64,000 nt of DNA from Octopus sinensis (GCF_006345805.1 NW_021833575.1:17615-81614), one strand, 5' to 3'; shown: positions 28,736 through 40,422, counted from the stretch's first letter. Program-made: numbers and translations. Notes: generated by a model from the letters alone, not told the origin.

Positions 28736-30727
28736 TCATTGTGCCCCGCTGCTTGAAATTTTATTTTAATTCTCTCGCAGGAAGGCCTATTGGATTAGTG
28801 TTCTGTTATGCCTTCGAAACATGCCTGACTCCTCTAGCGACAGCTGATGACGGGGGTTTTGTCCTTGTGTAACCTGTCCTGTATTTGGTTTTCGTTTTCC
28901 GTTTTCTTGTTTTTTGTTTTTTGGCTTTTTCTGTTTCTACGTCTTATTGTGATGTCCTGTACTTCCGTATAATTATTTATATATGCATGTATATATACAT
29001 GTAGATGTAGGTACGTACATATGTTTGTATGTATGCATATATTTTTATTTATCTCCTTATTGTCTGACAGCGCCCCGCATCAGTTTCGTCCGATTCGTCG
29101 TTTCGATCCACTTCTTGGTCCCCTTTTTTATATTAATATTATATATTGAAGATGCGGTACTCTCTCCCTTTGCTTTAACCTCTTCAATCTTTCTCCCCCC
29201 CTCCCCTCTCTCTTCGCCGCGTGTCCCCCTCCTCCTTCCCTCTTCCTTGCCTATAAAACAAAATTCCTTTACACGTGGTTACCACTATTGAAAAGACTGC
29301 CCCCACGCGCTGCTACTACACTTTCGTCCTTGCCAGCAAAAAGGCTTCTTCGTTCGTCCCCTTGTGTGGTTAATTTCCTGTATATATTCTTGTTATTTTC
29401 TCGTTTTGTAACTAATTGTACTTTTTGTACATGTATTTTTATTTTTGCAGTTTTATTGTTTGTCTATGCCAGAAAAAAGGCTTTTTCGTTCGTCCTCTTG
29501 TGTTTGTTTTTGTACATGTATTTTAATTTTGCAGTCTTATTGTTACGTCTTGTTTGTGTTCGTACTCATTGTGCCCCGCTGCTTGAAATTTTATTTTAAC
29601 TCTCTCGCAGGAAGGCCTATTGGATTAGTGTTCTGTTATGCCTTCGAAACATGCCTGACTCCTCTAGCGACAGCTGATGACGGGGGTTTTGTCCTTGTGT
29701 AACCTGTCCTGTATTTGGTTTTCGTTTTCCGTTTTCGTTGTTTTTGTTTTTTGGCTTTTTCTGTTTCTACGTCTTATTGTGATGTCCTGTACTTCCGTAT
29801 AATTATTTATATATGCATGTATATATACATGTAGATGTAGGTACGTACATATATGTTTGTATGTATGCATATATTTTTATTTATCTCCTTATTGTCTGAC
29901 AGCGCCCCGCATCAGGTTCGTTCCGATTCGTCGTTTCGATCCACTTCTTGGTCCCCTTTTTTATATTAATATTATTATATTGAAGATGCGGTACTCTCTC
30001 CCTTTGCTTTAACCTCTTCAATATTTCTCCCTCCCCCTCCTCCTCTCTCTTCGCCGCGTGTCCCCCTCCTCCTTCCCTCTTCCTTGCCTATAAAACAAAA
30101 TTCCTTTACACGTGGTTACCACTATTGAAAAGACTGCCTCCACGCGCTGCTACTACACTTTCGTCCTTGCCAGCAAAAAGGCTTCTTCGTTCGTCCCCTT
30201 GTGTGGTTAATTTCCTGTATAGTATTCTTGTTATTTTCTCGTTTTGTAACTATTGTACTTTTTGTACATGTATTTTTATTTTTGCAGTTTTATTGTTTGT
30301 CTATGCCAGAAAAAAGGCTTTTTCGTTCGTCCTCTTGTGTTTGTTTTTGTACATGTATTTTAATTTTGCAGTCTTATTGTTACGTCTTGTTTGTGTTCGT
30401 ACTCATTGTGCCCCGCTGCTTGAAATTTTATTTTAATTCTCTCGCAGGAAGGCCTATTGGATTAGTGTTCTGTTATGCCTTCGAAACATGCCTGACTCCT
30501 CTAGCGACAGCTGATGACGGGGGTTTTGTCCTTGTGTAACCTGTCCTGTATTTGGTTTTCGTTTTCCGTTTTCTTTTTTTTTTTTTTTTTGGCTTTTTCT
30601 GTTTCTACGTCTTATTGTGATGTCCTGTACTTCCGTATAATTATTTATATATGCATGATATATACATGTAGATGTAGGTACGTACATATATGTTTGTATG
30701 TATGCATATATTTTTATTTATCTCCTA
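28734..30727 (+). repeat. Tandem array of ~830-837-bp units, ~2.4 copies
   Basis: Same landmark (ccttcgaaac) at 28811, 29641 and 30478; bounded by (CA)n and (TA)n; a related fragment lies at ~26280-26520 (-). Confidence 0.95.
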
Positions 30728-31107
30728 TATATATATATATATATATATGACACACAATGGGCTTCTTTCTGTTTCTGTTTACCAAATCCACTCTCCACTC
30801 ACAAGGCTTTGGTAGGGCCGCGATTATAAGAGAAGATACTTGCCGAAGGCGCAGTGGGACTGAAACTGGAAGACAACCTCGTCATATAAATACATGCATT
30901 TGTATTTATACATATACATGTGTGTAAGTGGAGACTTCATATATATATATATATATATAATTATAATTATAATTAGGGTATCTGAGACATGCCACCACGC
31001 TGAAAATAGCAGTCAAAACCTGACTCTAACGCCACATTAAATGTTCATACAGTACCAGGAGAGAAGACAAAGAAACAAAATAAACTAGCAAAAAAATTAC
31101 TGGATAA

Positions 31108-31164
31108 TTCCAGATCCTGGATTTCTGGATTTGCATAAGAGATGCTCTGCCTTCATCAGTGGAA
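31108..31164 (-). ncRNA. Type I hammerhead ribozyme motif in a (TA)n-flanked ~230-bp element
   Basis: ttcca-CTGATGA-agg...cca-GAAA-tcc a gga-TC-tggaa. Confidence 0.8.
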
Positions 31165-31299
31165 TATACTCAGGTAGCACATAAATACAAATATATATAT
31201 ATTATATATATATACAACGTACGGTATACATACATATACGAACGTCTATACATATATATGCACGTATGTAGACGACCAGTTTAAATTGCCCGCCCTTAC

Positions 31300-31727
31300 C
31301 AGGCGGCCCCCAAGAGAAACCGGAACTTTTCAATATTATTTTGTTCCCTTAGTTTTATATGTTTACACTTTTACCGCCTTCAAAGAATTCTCCATCTGAA
31401 TCAATGCGTAGGTCTAGACGCGCTTCCCACTGTTCGAAGCAGTCCTGGGACTCTTGCAAAGCGATGCCTTTTAACGCCACCGTCGTTCTCTTCTCTTCTT
31501 CACCTTTACTTACTTACTTTTACTTTACTTTACTTTTACTTGTTTAAGTCATTTGACTGCGGCCATGCTGGAGCATCGCCTTTAGTCGAGCAAATCGACC
31601 CCGGGACTTATTCTTTGTAAGCGCAGTACTTATTCTATCGGTCTCTTTTTGCCGAACCGCTAATTGACGGGGACGTAAACACACCAGCATCGGTTGTCAA
31701 TGCTAGGGGAACAAACACAGACACACA

Positions 31728-31760
<33 letters not shown>

Positions 31761-32590
31761 CATATATACGACAGGCTTCTTTCAGTTTCCGTCTACCAAA
31801 TCCACTCACAAGGCTTTGGTCGGCCCGGGGCTATAGCAGAAGACACTTGCCCAAGATGCCACGCAGTGGGACTGAACCCAGAACCATGTGGTTGGTTAGC
31901 AAGCTACTTACCACCCAGCAACACATTTGCAAATTCCTTCGCACCGGCTTTCGTCACCAAAGACGACCTTCGAAGGGAACAAAATATAGTCTGAATTAAC
32001 TTCCAAATGTTTTTCAGTTCTCGACATGCATTCAGTCGTGACTGCTTTCGATCTTCCGTGAGTAGGCGAGACACAATTTTGCTACAACTCTTTTTATTCG
32101 CAGTTCCTCGCTCAAAATTCGTTGGCAGGAGCTCCAGGACACACCAATATCAACAAGTTCGTCAGTTGTTCAGTAACGGTCCTCCAAATTCAGTTCATGA
32201 ATTTTCATGATGTTTTCATTCGTTCGGGAGGTCGATTATCATTCTGAACGCGGTTGGTCTCCAAGCGAGAAGTGACCATTCCTAAAGCATGGAACTCACT
32301 CGTAAGTTCGTGTTTTGCTCATAGCAGCGTCCTGGTAAGCTGTTTGAAGCATGACAACTGTTTGGGCGCCGTTTTCCCCTACAGATAACAGAGTTTCACA
32401 GAAGCACGCCGTTCCTTCGTTTCTGCCATCGCCAGAATCAACGAACAAGAGAGAAGCACTACAAAACAAAGACACACCACGTGGCAGAACGACTTCACTC
32501 GACGACGCCAGACTGATATATCAGGGTTGCATCAAGTGGCGGAAGCCCAAACTGCAACTGGCTTGTCCCACAGAGAGTGTAACCCTCGTA
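31300..32590 (-). pseudogene. Decayed, internally deleted mariner element split by SINE A (~31530-31920, -)
   Basis: N-terminal ERRASVKLC..GKTA..TVVMLQTAYQDAAMSKTRTYE; C-terminal QDCFEQWEARLDLRIDSDGEFFEG; TACGAGGG-type end at 32590. Confidence 0.7.
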
Positions 32591-32591
32591 A

Positions 32592-32655
<64 letters not shown>

Positions 32656-32668
32656 ATATATATATAAA

Positions 32669-33024
32669 GGCGCAGGAGTGGCTGTGTGGTAAGTAGCTTG
32701 CTAACCAACCACATGGTTCCGGGTTCAGTCCCACTGTGTGGCATCTTGTGAGTGGATTTGGTAGACGGAAACTGAAATAAGCCCGTCGTATATATGTATA
32801 TATGTATATGTATGTGTGTGTGTTTGTGTGTCTGTGTTTGTCCCCCTAGCATTGCTTGACAACCGATACTGGTGTGTTTACGTCCCCGTCACTTAGCGGT
32901 TCGGCAAAAGAGACCGATAGAATAAGTACTGGGCTTACAAAGAATAAGTCCCGGGGTCGATTTGCTCGACTAAAGGCGGTGCTCCAGCATGGCCGCAGTC
33001 ACATGACTGAAACAAATAAAAGAG
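32669..33024 (+). mobile_element. SINE family A with an internal deletion
   Basis: Matches the 9342-9742 copy. Confidence 0.9.
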
Positions 33025-33049
<25 letters not shown>

Positions 33050-33056
<7 letters not shown>

Positions 33057-36000
33057 CAACAATTGAGGGCAAAATTAATTAATTATTAATCAATTTCACC
33101 AAGTGTTCAGTATGCAAAGGGACCATTCAAGGCGAATTCAAATTATTACATTATATAAAAGGGCTTAGTAAAATAAATTACTTTGCCGCATACTGAACTC
33201 ATTAGAAATAGCAGCTAAAAAACTTTTTTAAGGCTATTTCTAATACTTAAAGAAAATCTCTCTCATATATAGTGTTTGCATAATTTAACTCACAAAAGTT
33301 TGGGGGTAATGACATCGAAAAATCAAATGCTAAGGTTATTCGAGAACGTACGTTTCAAGATTAGTCAAAACAACATTTCTATCATCGGCTCGGAAATTCC
33401 TTGGTTTGGATTTGGAAACACTGAAAATAAGAACATACCCTCTCGAAGATCTGCTCCCAACTAACAGTGCCAACAAATTCAAAATAAGCAAGCGAAGAAT
33501 CTCTGTTCTCCCCTTTCCACCAGCGTGGGTTAAAATCATCAAACTCTATGCTTATTTCGGTAAAGTCCGAAGCATTAATCAGAGGGAGATTAATTATAAT
33601 TTCAACAATTGAGGGCAAAATTAATTAATTATTAATCAATTTCACCAAGTGTTCAGTATGCAAAGGGACCATTCAAGGCGAATTCAAATTATTACATTAT
33701 ATAAAAGGGCTTAGTAAAATAAATTACTTTGCCGCATACTGAACTCATTAGAAATAGCAGCTAAAAAACTTTTTTAAGGCTATTTCTAATACTTAAAGAA
33801 AATCTCTCTCATATATAGTGTTTGCATAATTTAACTCACAAAAGTTTGGGGGTAATGACATCGAAAAATCAAATGCTAAGGTTATTCGAGAACGTACGTT
33901 TCAAGATTAGTCAAAACAACATTTCTATCATCGGCTCGGAAATTCCTTGGTTTGGATTTGGAAACACTGAAAATAAGAACATACCCTCTCGAAGATCTGC
34001 TCCCAACTAACAGTGCCAACAAATTCAAAATAAGCAAGCGAAGAATCTCTGTTCTCCCCTTTCCACCAGCGTGGGTTAAACTCATCAAACTCTATGCTTA
34101 TTTCGGTAAAGTCCGAAGCATTAATCAGAGGGAGATTAATTATAATTTCAACAATTGAGGGCAAAATTAATTAATTATTAATCAATTTCACCAAGTGTTC
34201 AGTATGCAAAGGGACCATTCAAGGCGAATTCAAATTATTACATTATATAAAAGGGCTTAGTAAAATAAATTACTTTGCCGCATACTGAACTCATTAGAAA
34301 TAGCAGCTAAAAAACTTTTTTAAGGCTATTTCTAATACTTAAAGAAAATCTCTCTCATATATAGTGTTTGCATAATTTAACTCACAAAAGTTTGGGGGTA
34401 ATGACATCGAAAAATCAAATGCTAAGGTTATTCGAGAACGTACGTTTCAAGATTAGTCAAAACAACATTTCTATCATCGGCTCGGAAATTCCTTGGTTTG
34501 GATTTGGAAACACTGAAAATAAGAACATACCCTCTCGAAGATCTGCTCCCAACTAACAGTGCCAACAAATTCAAAATAAGCAAGCGAAGAATCTCTGTTC
34601 TCCCCTTTCCACCAGCGTGGGTTAAAATCATCAAACTCCATGCTTATTTCGGTAAAGTCCGAAGCATTAATCAGAGGGAGATTAATTATAATTTCAACAA
34701 TTGAGGGCAAAATTAATTAATTATTAATCAATTTCACCAAGTGTTCAGTATGCAAAGGGACCATTCAAGGCGAATTCAAATTATTACATTATATAAAAGG
34801 GCTTAGTAAAATAAATTACTTTGCCGCATACTGAACTCATTAGAAATAGCAGCTAAAAAACTTTTTTAAGGCTATTTCTAATACTTAAAGAAAATCTCTC
34901 TCATATATAGTGTTTGCATAATTTAACTCACAAAAGTTTGGGGGTAATGACATCGAAAAATCAAATGCTAAGGTTATTCGAGAACGTACGTTTCAAGATT
35001 AGTCAAAACAACATTTCTATCATCGGCTCGGAAATTCCTTGGTTGGATTTGGAAACACTGAAAATAAGAACATACCCTCTCGAAGATCTGCTCCCAACTA
35101 ACAGTGCCAACAAATTCAAAATAAGCAAGCGAAGAATCTCTGTTCTCCCCTTTCCACCAGCGTGGGTTAAAATCATCAAACTCTATGCTTATTTCGGTAA
35201 AGTCCGAAGCATTAATCAGAGGGAGATTAATTATAATTTCAACAATTGAGGGCAAAATTAATTAATTATTAATCAATTTCACCAAGTGTTCAGTATGCAA
35301 AGGGACCATTCAAGGCGAATTCAAATTATTACATTATATAAAAGGGCTTAGTAAAATAAATTACTTTGCCGCATACTGAACTCATTAGAAATAGCAGCTA
35401 AAAAACTTTTTTAAGGCTATTTCTAATACTTAAAGAAAATCTCTCTCATATATAGTGTTTGCATAATTTAACTCACAAAAGTTTGGGGGTAATGACATCG
35501 AAAAATCAAATGCTAAGGTTATTCGAGAACGTACGTTTCAAGATTAGTCAAAACAACATTTCTATCATCGGCTCGGAAATTCCTTGGTTTGGATTTGGAA
35601 ACACTGAAAATAAGAACATACCCTCTCGAAGATCTGCTCCCAACTAACAGTGCCAACAAATTCAAAATAAGCAAGCGAAGAATCTCTGTTCTCCCTTCCC
35701 CTTTCCACCAGCGTGGGTTAAAATCATCAAACTCTATGCTTATTTCGGTAAAGTCCGAAGCATTAATCAGAGGGAGATTAATTATAATTTCAACAATTGA
35801 GGGCAAAATTAATTAATTATTAATCAATTTCACCAAGTGTTCAGTATGCAAAGGGACCATTCAAGGCGAATTCAAATTATTACATTATATAAAAGGGCTT
35901 AGTAAAATAAATTACTTTGCCGCATACTGAACTCATTAGAAATAGCAGCTAAAAAACTTTTTTAAGGCTATTTCTAATACTTAAAGAAAATCTCTCTCAT

Positions 36001-36961
36001 ATATAGTGTTTACCGAAATAAGCATAGAGTTTGATGATTTTAACCCACGCTGGTGGAAAGGGGAGAACAGAGATTCTTCGCTTGCTTATTTTGAATTTGT
36101 TGGCACTGTTAGTTGGGAGCAGATCTTCGAGAGGGTATGTTCTTATTTTCAGTGTTTCCAAATCCAAACCAAGGAATTTCCGAGCCGATGATAGAAATGT
36201 TGTTTTGACTAATCTTGAAACGTACGTTCTCGAATAACCTTAGCATTTGATTTTTCGATGTCATTACCCCCAAACTTTTGTGAGTTAAATTATGCAAACA
36301 CTATATATGAGAGAGATTTTCTTTAAGTATTAGAAATAGCCTTAAAAAAGTTTTTTAGCTGCTATTTCTAATGAGTTCAGTATGCGGCAAAGTAATTTAT
36401 TTTACTAAGCCCTTTTATATAATGTAATAATTTGAATTCGCCTTGAATGGTCCCTTTGCATACTGAACACTTGGTGAAATTGATTAATAATTAATTAATT
36501 TTGCCCTCAATTGTTGAAATTATAATTAATCTCCCTCTGATTAATGCTTCGGACTTTACCGAAATAAGCATAGAGTTTGATGATTTTAACCCACGCTGGT
36601 GGAAAGGGGAGAACAGAGATTCTTCGCTTGCTTATTTTGAATTTGTTGGCACTGTTAGTTGGGAGCAGATCTTCGAGAGGGTATGTTCTTATTTTCAGTG
36701 TTTCCAAATCCAAACCAAGGAATTTCCGAGCCGATGATAGAAATGTTGTTTTGACTAATCTTGAAACGTACGTTCTCGAATAACCTTAGCATTTGATTTT
36801 TCGATGTCATTACCCCCAAACTTTTGTGAGTTAAATTATGCAAACACTATATATGAGAGAGATTTTCTTTAAGTATTAGAAATAGCCTTAAAAAAGTTTT
36901 TTAGCTGCTATTTCTAATGAGTTCAGTATGCGGCAAAGTAATTTATTTTACTAAGCCCTTT

Positions 36962-36969
<8 letters not shown>
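33050..36969. mobile_element. Retrozyme-like tandem array, 546-bp unit: ~5.4 forward copies plus ~1.75 inverted copies
   Basis: Near-identical units; orientation switches at 36009-36011; one HHR per unit; (TA)n on both sides. Confidence 0.9.
33341..33392 (-). ncRNA. Hammerhead motif (U4C variant), first of 7 copies
   Basis: cgag-CCGATGA-taga...tctt-GAAA-cgtacg-TT-ctcg. Also at ~33887, 34433, 34979 and 35524 (-), and 36181 and 36727 (+). Confidence 0.8.
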
Positions 36970-37009
<40 letters not shown>

Positions 37010-37066
37010 TTAGTGAATGGAAGAAATGGAGTTGAACGAAGATTGTACAGAATTCCTTTTATTACA

Positions 37067-37146
37067 TTCTACACATGTTTCAAAGGCCACAATTTTCCAA
37101 ATTCTGATTAAATAAGGATACCATATTGCAGCTTTCTCTTCAGGAA
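37067..37146 (-). ncRNA. Hammerhead ribozyme motif in the PLE 3' terminal repeat
   Basis: ttc-CTGAAGA-gaaagctgcaat...attgtggccttt-GAAA-catgtg-TA-gaa. Confidence 0.8.
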
Positions 37147-37743
37147 AAAACAGGAATTCCGTTGACAGAACAAAACAAAACAGAGGCGTAGCAAAGCAAT
37201 TCGAACGAGGACGCTCCTTAACAGCCCATGGTTAAACTGTTTATCAATGTACGTTGAAATCGGGGGGTTGGTGCGTTGAAAATATTTACAGGTCAGGCGG
37301 CGGTCAAAACTAGTAGGTGAGAACAAGGGGTGTGGAGGTGTTCTGTGTGACCAAAACTAATGTTCTGAATACTTTAAGAATACAGGGTGTATTTTTGGGG
37401 GCGAGACAAAAACTACCTAAAAGCATGTATGTGTATACTGGCCTATGTGTGCGCGGCCGTATGTTGGCGAGGGGCGCTACATAATGATCACTGCTGAAAA
37501 AACCTGTCAGGCGGCTGAAAAAAATTTTTGTGTTCGTGTGTTCGTCTAGGCCTGCTTGTCAAAAATTAACATCGTCAAAGAATCCTAAGGGTATATATAA
37601 TTCCAGCGTTTGCTTCCAAAAAAAACCACCAATCGCCTAATGGGAGTAATTTCCCCTTGCAAGAGTTATTCATAGATTTTTTAAAAAGCTTTTTCAAAAA
37701 TTATTTCCAAAGATTATTTTCATTTTAGTAGGGTAACAAGGTG

Positions 37744-39521
37744 TTAATTGGGATTAGCTTCTGATATTAATACTGCGTTACTGTTACTATATTGACTGTG
37801 AGAACTGCGGCCGCTTACTACATTATATTCCTCATTATCACTATTAATTAACGGACTAACCCCTGTGTATTCCCTATCACTGAGAACGCTGTAATTGCTA
37901 GTATCCGTGGACCTGCTATTGCCGGAAACGATGCTAAAGTTGCTATTAGGACTCTCTACATTAATGACCCGAACTGCGCTCATCTCCCTATTACCATTAC
38001 TAACGTTATTGACATCACCATTTCTTCTATCGCTAATCCTATTATTTAATCCCTGGTTGGTACTGAGATTATCAGTCACTGTACTGGCTCTTTTATCATT
38101 ATTACTACTATTATTATTCCTACTGCGCGTTAAACTGGGATCGGACGGAGCTGCGCCTCCGGACAAAGGTGGTAGGGTCTTAATAAGCAGCCTATTATTA
38201 TGGGAGGCGATTATCTGGGAAAGGTTTTTTGTGTTGGAGAAAGCTATCCTAACTTTATGTGAATTAACCGTGGTGTAATATTTGGAATTTCTGGGGAAGT
38301 TACTGGCAATGGCTTGTCGAAACAGGAGGGGAAGGTTAGTTCTAATCTGCTTACCAAAGGGAATTACAAACCAGATATGTTTATTCCTATTTTTGTGATG
38401 GGTCTGGAAGCCAGCTCTGACATTAGGGTGGGTGATTCTAGGATGAATAAAAGGTTTTGGTTTAGTATGACCTCCCTCGGACCGAAAATTATCTATGTTC
38501 CCTAAATTAAATCCGGAAGTACCTGCTCCAACACTCCCCCCGCTCCCATCACTACTTAAATTATTTATGTTATTATAGACGGCCCTATCCTGATGACCGA
38601 ATGGTGGCATCGGAAGGGCTGGATCAATATATACTACCTTCTGCCTATAACCGGCTTTGGATAGTGCGGCGTTATAAAATTCCGCTTTCTGCATAAAAAT
38701 GTCGACACTAGCGGACAAGTTAGACAATCTTAGAGAGATGTTTTTAACCAAATTGTCTGTTACAGTTTTGGCATGATTGGAGAAGACACTGACATACTTT
38801 AAATTAGTGGAAGGCTTATGGTAAGGGAAGTATGAATCGCTATGGAGGTTTAGTGTGACGTCTAGGAAATTAGCCTTGGTGAATTCATTATCAAAAACTA
38901 TATTCATGCCCATTCTATTAAAGAACCTAGCTAACCTATTTTTAGTTTTCTGTACGATTCTGTTCGTGGTGTTTTGCAGGTAAAACAGACAATCGTCACG
39001 ATACAGGCCGCCCGCGATATCCGGGAATTGGTCGGATAATTCGTAGGGAATATAGATTCCGACCAAATCGGTTATCTGCGCACTATCCGAACTACCCATA
39101 GGCACATCGAATTCATTGGGAGTATCTTTACGAATCCACAACTTATTTTCAAACTTTATAAATGATTTTCTGGCAACTAAAATAATATCAATTTCTTCTC
39201 TAGTGAGGCCTGCCTTGTTGTGAGCATGCCACAGGGTCTTATTTAGTACACTAGGGTTAATCGAGGGGTAGAAGCTGGCGATATCAAACTGAATGAACCT
39301 AGTACGGTTCTTATTGGGGATGGAAGAGAACCACTTCACTACCTGCGAGAGGTAGCCCAGAGGCTAAGCTTCAGCTTATTTACTAAACTAGGGATATATT
39401 TATCTAAAATATACTTACTGATGGTCCCGATATCGGAACTAGCAGGGCATATGAGTCTTAACGCTGGGTTGGTGTAGAAATTCGGTTTGTGGTCCTTCAC
39501 TATGAATCTAGGTTTACTCGG
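37744..39521 (-). pseudogene. PLE reverse transcriptase (one frameshift near 39340), RT core plus thumb and S/N-rich tail
   Basis: KDHKPNF..PALRLICPA; FDIASFYPSI; VPMGSSDSAQITDLVG; GLYRDD; NFLDVTL; YHKP..SNH; WFVIPF..IIASHN. Confidence 0.92.
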
Positions 39522-39751
39522 AAAAGAGATCAAGAAGAATTATAGAACAACTAATTGGAGCACATTGAGGAAAGTAATCTTGGAGATTAAGGAAATAATG
39601 TTTAAATACGGAATTCAAATGAGAACGCAGCCGCTTAGCCCTAAACAACATTGATAAACAGTTTAACCATGGGCTCTTAAGGAGCGTCCTCGTTCGAATT
39701 GCTTTGCTACGCCTCTGTTTTGTTTTGTTCTGTCAACGGAATTCCTGTTTT

Positions 39752-39831
39752 TTCCTGAAGAGAAAGCTGCAATATGGTATCCTTATTTAATCAGAATTTG
39801 GAAAATTGTGGCCTTTGAAACATGTGTAGAA
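39752..39831 (+). ncRNA. Hammerhead ribozyme motif in the inverted PLE repeat
   Basis: Mirror copy of 37067-37146. Confidence 0.8.
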
Positions 39832-40072
39832 TGTAATAAAAGGAATTCTGTACAATCTTCGTTCAACTCCATTTCTTCCATTCACTAATAATATTAAACT
39901 TCAATTATCCGCACCAACGCACGGTTGCAACACCAAATGGTCTTATCGCCAACCGTGCTTTTTTCTGCTGTGATTTTTGCTACCCAGGTATCGGTTAAAC
40001 TTTTGAATAATCTGTAACAAGAAAATTCATCTTTCTATTTCAACAAACATATATATATATATATATATATAA

Positions 40073-40422
40073 ATCGTGGCACTCCGTCGGTTACGACGAC
40101 GAGGGTTCCAGTTGATCCAATCAACGGAACAGCCTGCTCGTGAAATTTACGTGCAAGTGGCTGAGCACTCCACAGACACGTGTACCTTTGACGTAGTTCT
40201 CGGGGAGATTTAGCGTTACGGGTACAACAGAAAAAGGAAGAAAGAGTGAGAGAAAGTTGTGAGGAAAGAGTACTGCAGGGTTCGCCACCACCCCTGCCGG
40301 AGCCTCGTATACCTTTAGGTGTTTTCGCTCAATAAACATTTACAACGCCAGATCTGGGAATCGAAACTGCGATCTTACGACCACGAGTCCGCTGCCCTAA
40401 CCGCTGGGTCATTGCGCCTCCA
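40073..40422 (-). mobile_element. SINE family C (tRNA-derived head)
   Basis: Minus strand: ggaggcgcaatgacccagcggttagggcagcggactcg...gtttcgattcccag (A/B boxes), tail ccctcgtcgtcgtaaccgacggagtgcc. Confidence 0.75.

Larger units (their letters stand above)
37008..40048 (-). mobile_element. Penelope-like retroelement (Naiad-like RT), 5'-truncated, with inverted terminal repeats
   Basis: RT ORF; 37011-37250 is the reverse complement of 39648-39887; HHR in each repeat; (TA)n on both sides. Confidence 0.9.

Noticed and set aside
36533-36575. CTGATTA...GAAA second hammerhead candidate in the 546-bp unit
   Set aside because: Core mismatch, stems I and II do not form, and a better motif exists elsewhere in the unit
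33276-36843. Repeated 62-111 aa ORFs in the 546-bp array, and 77-91 aa ORFs in the 495-bp array
   Set aside because: Short, overlapping on both strands, non-ATG starts, no recognisable domain, and broken by indels in some units
37575-37605. GIIY peptide on the minus strand as a possible GIY-YIG start
   Set aside because: Followed by stops within a few codons; no YIG or Cys motifs
37744-39339. Selenoprotein-type (UGA-recoding) Naiad element
   Set aside because: No in-frame TGA in this RT. The cysteine motifs of the 55780-56090 fragment use TGY codons, and no convincing SECIS was seen.
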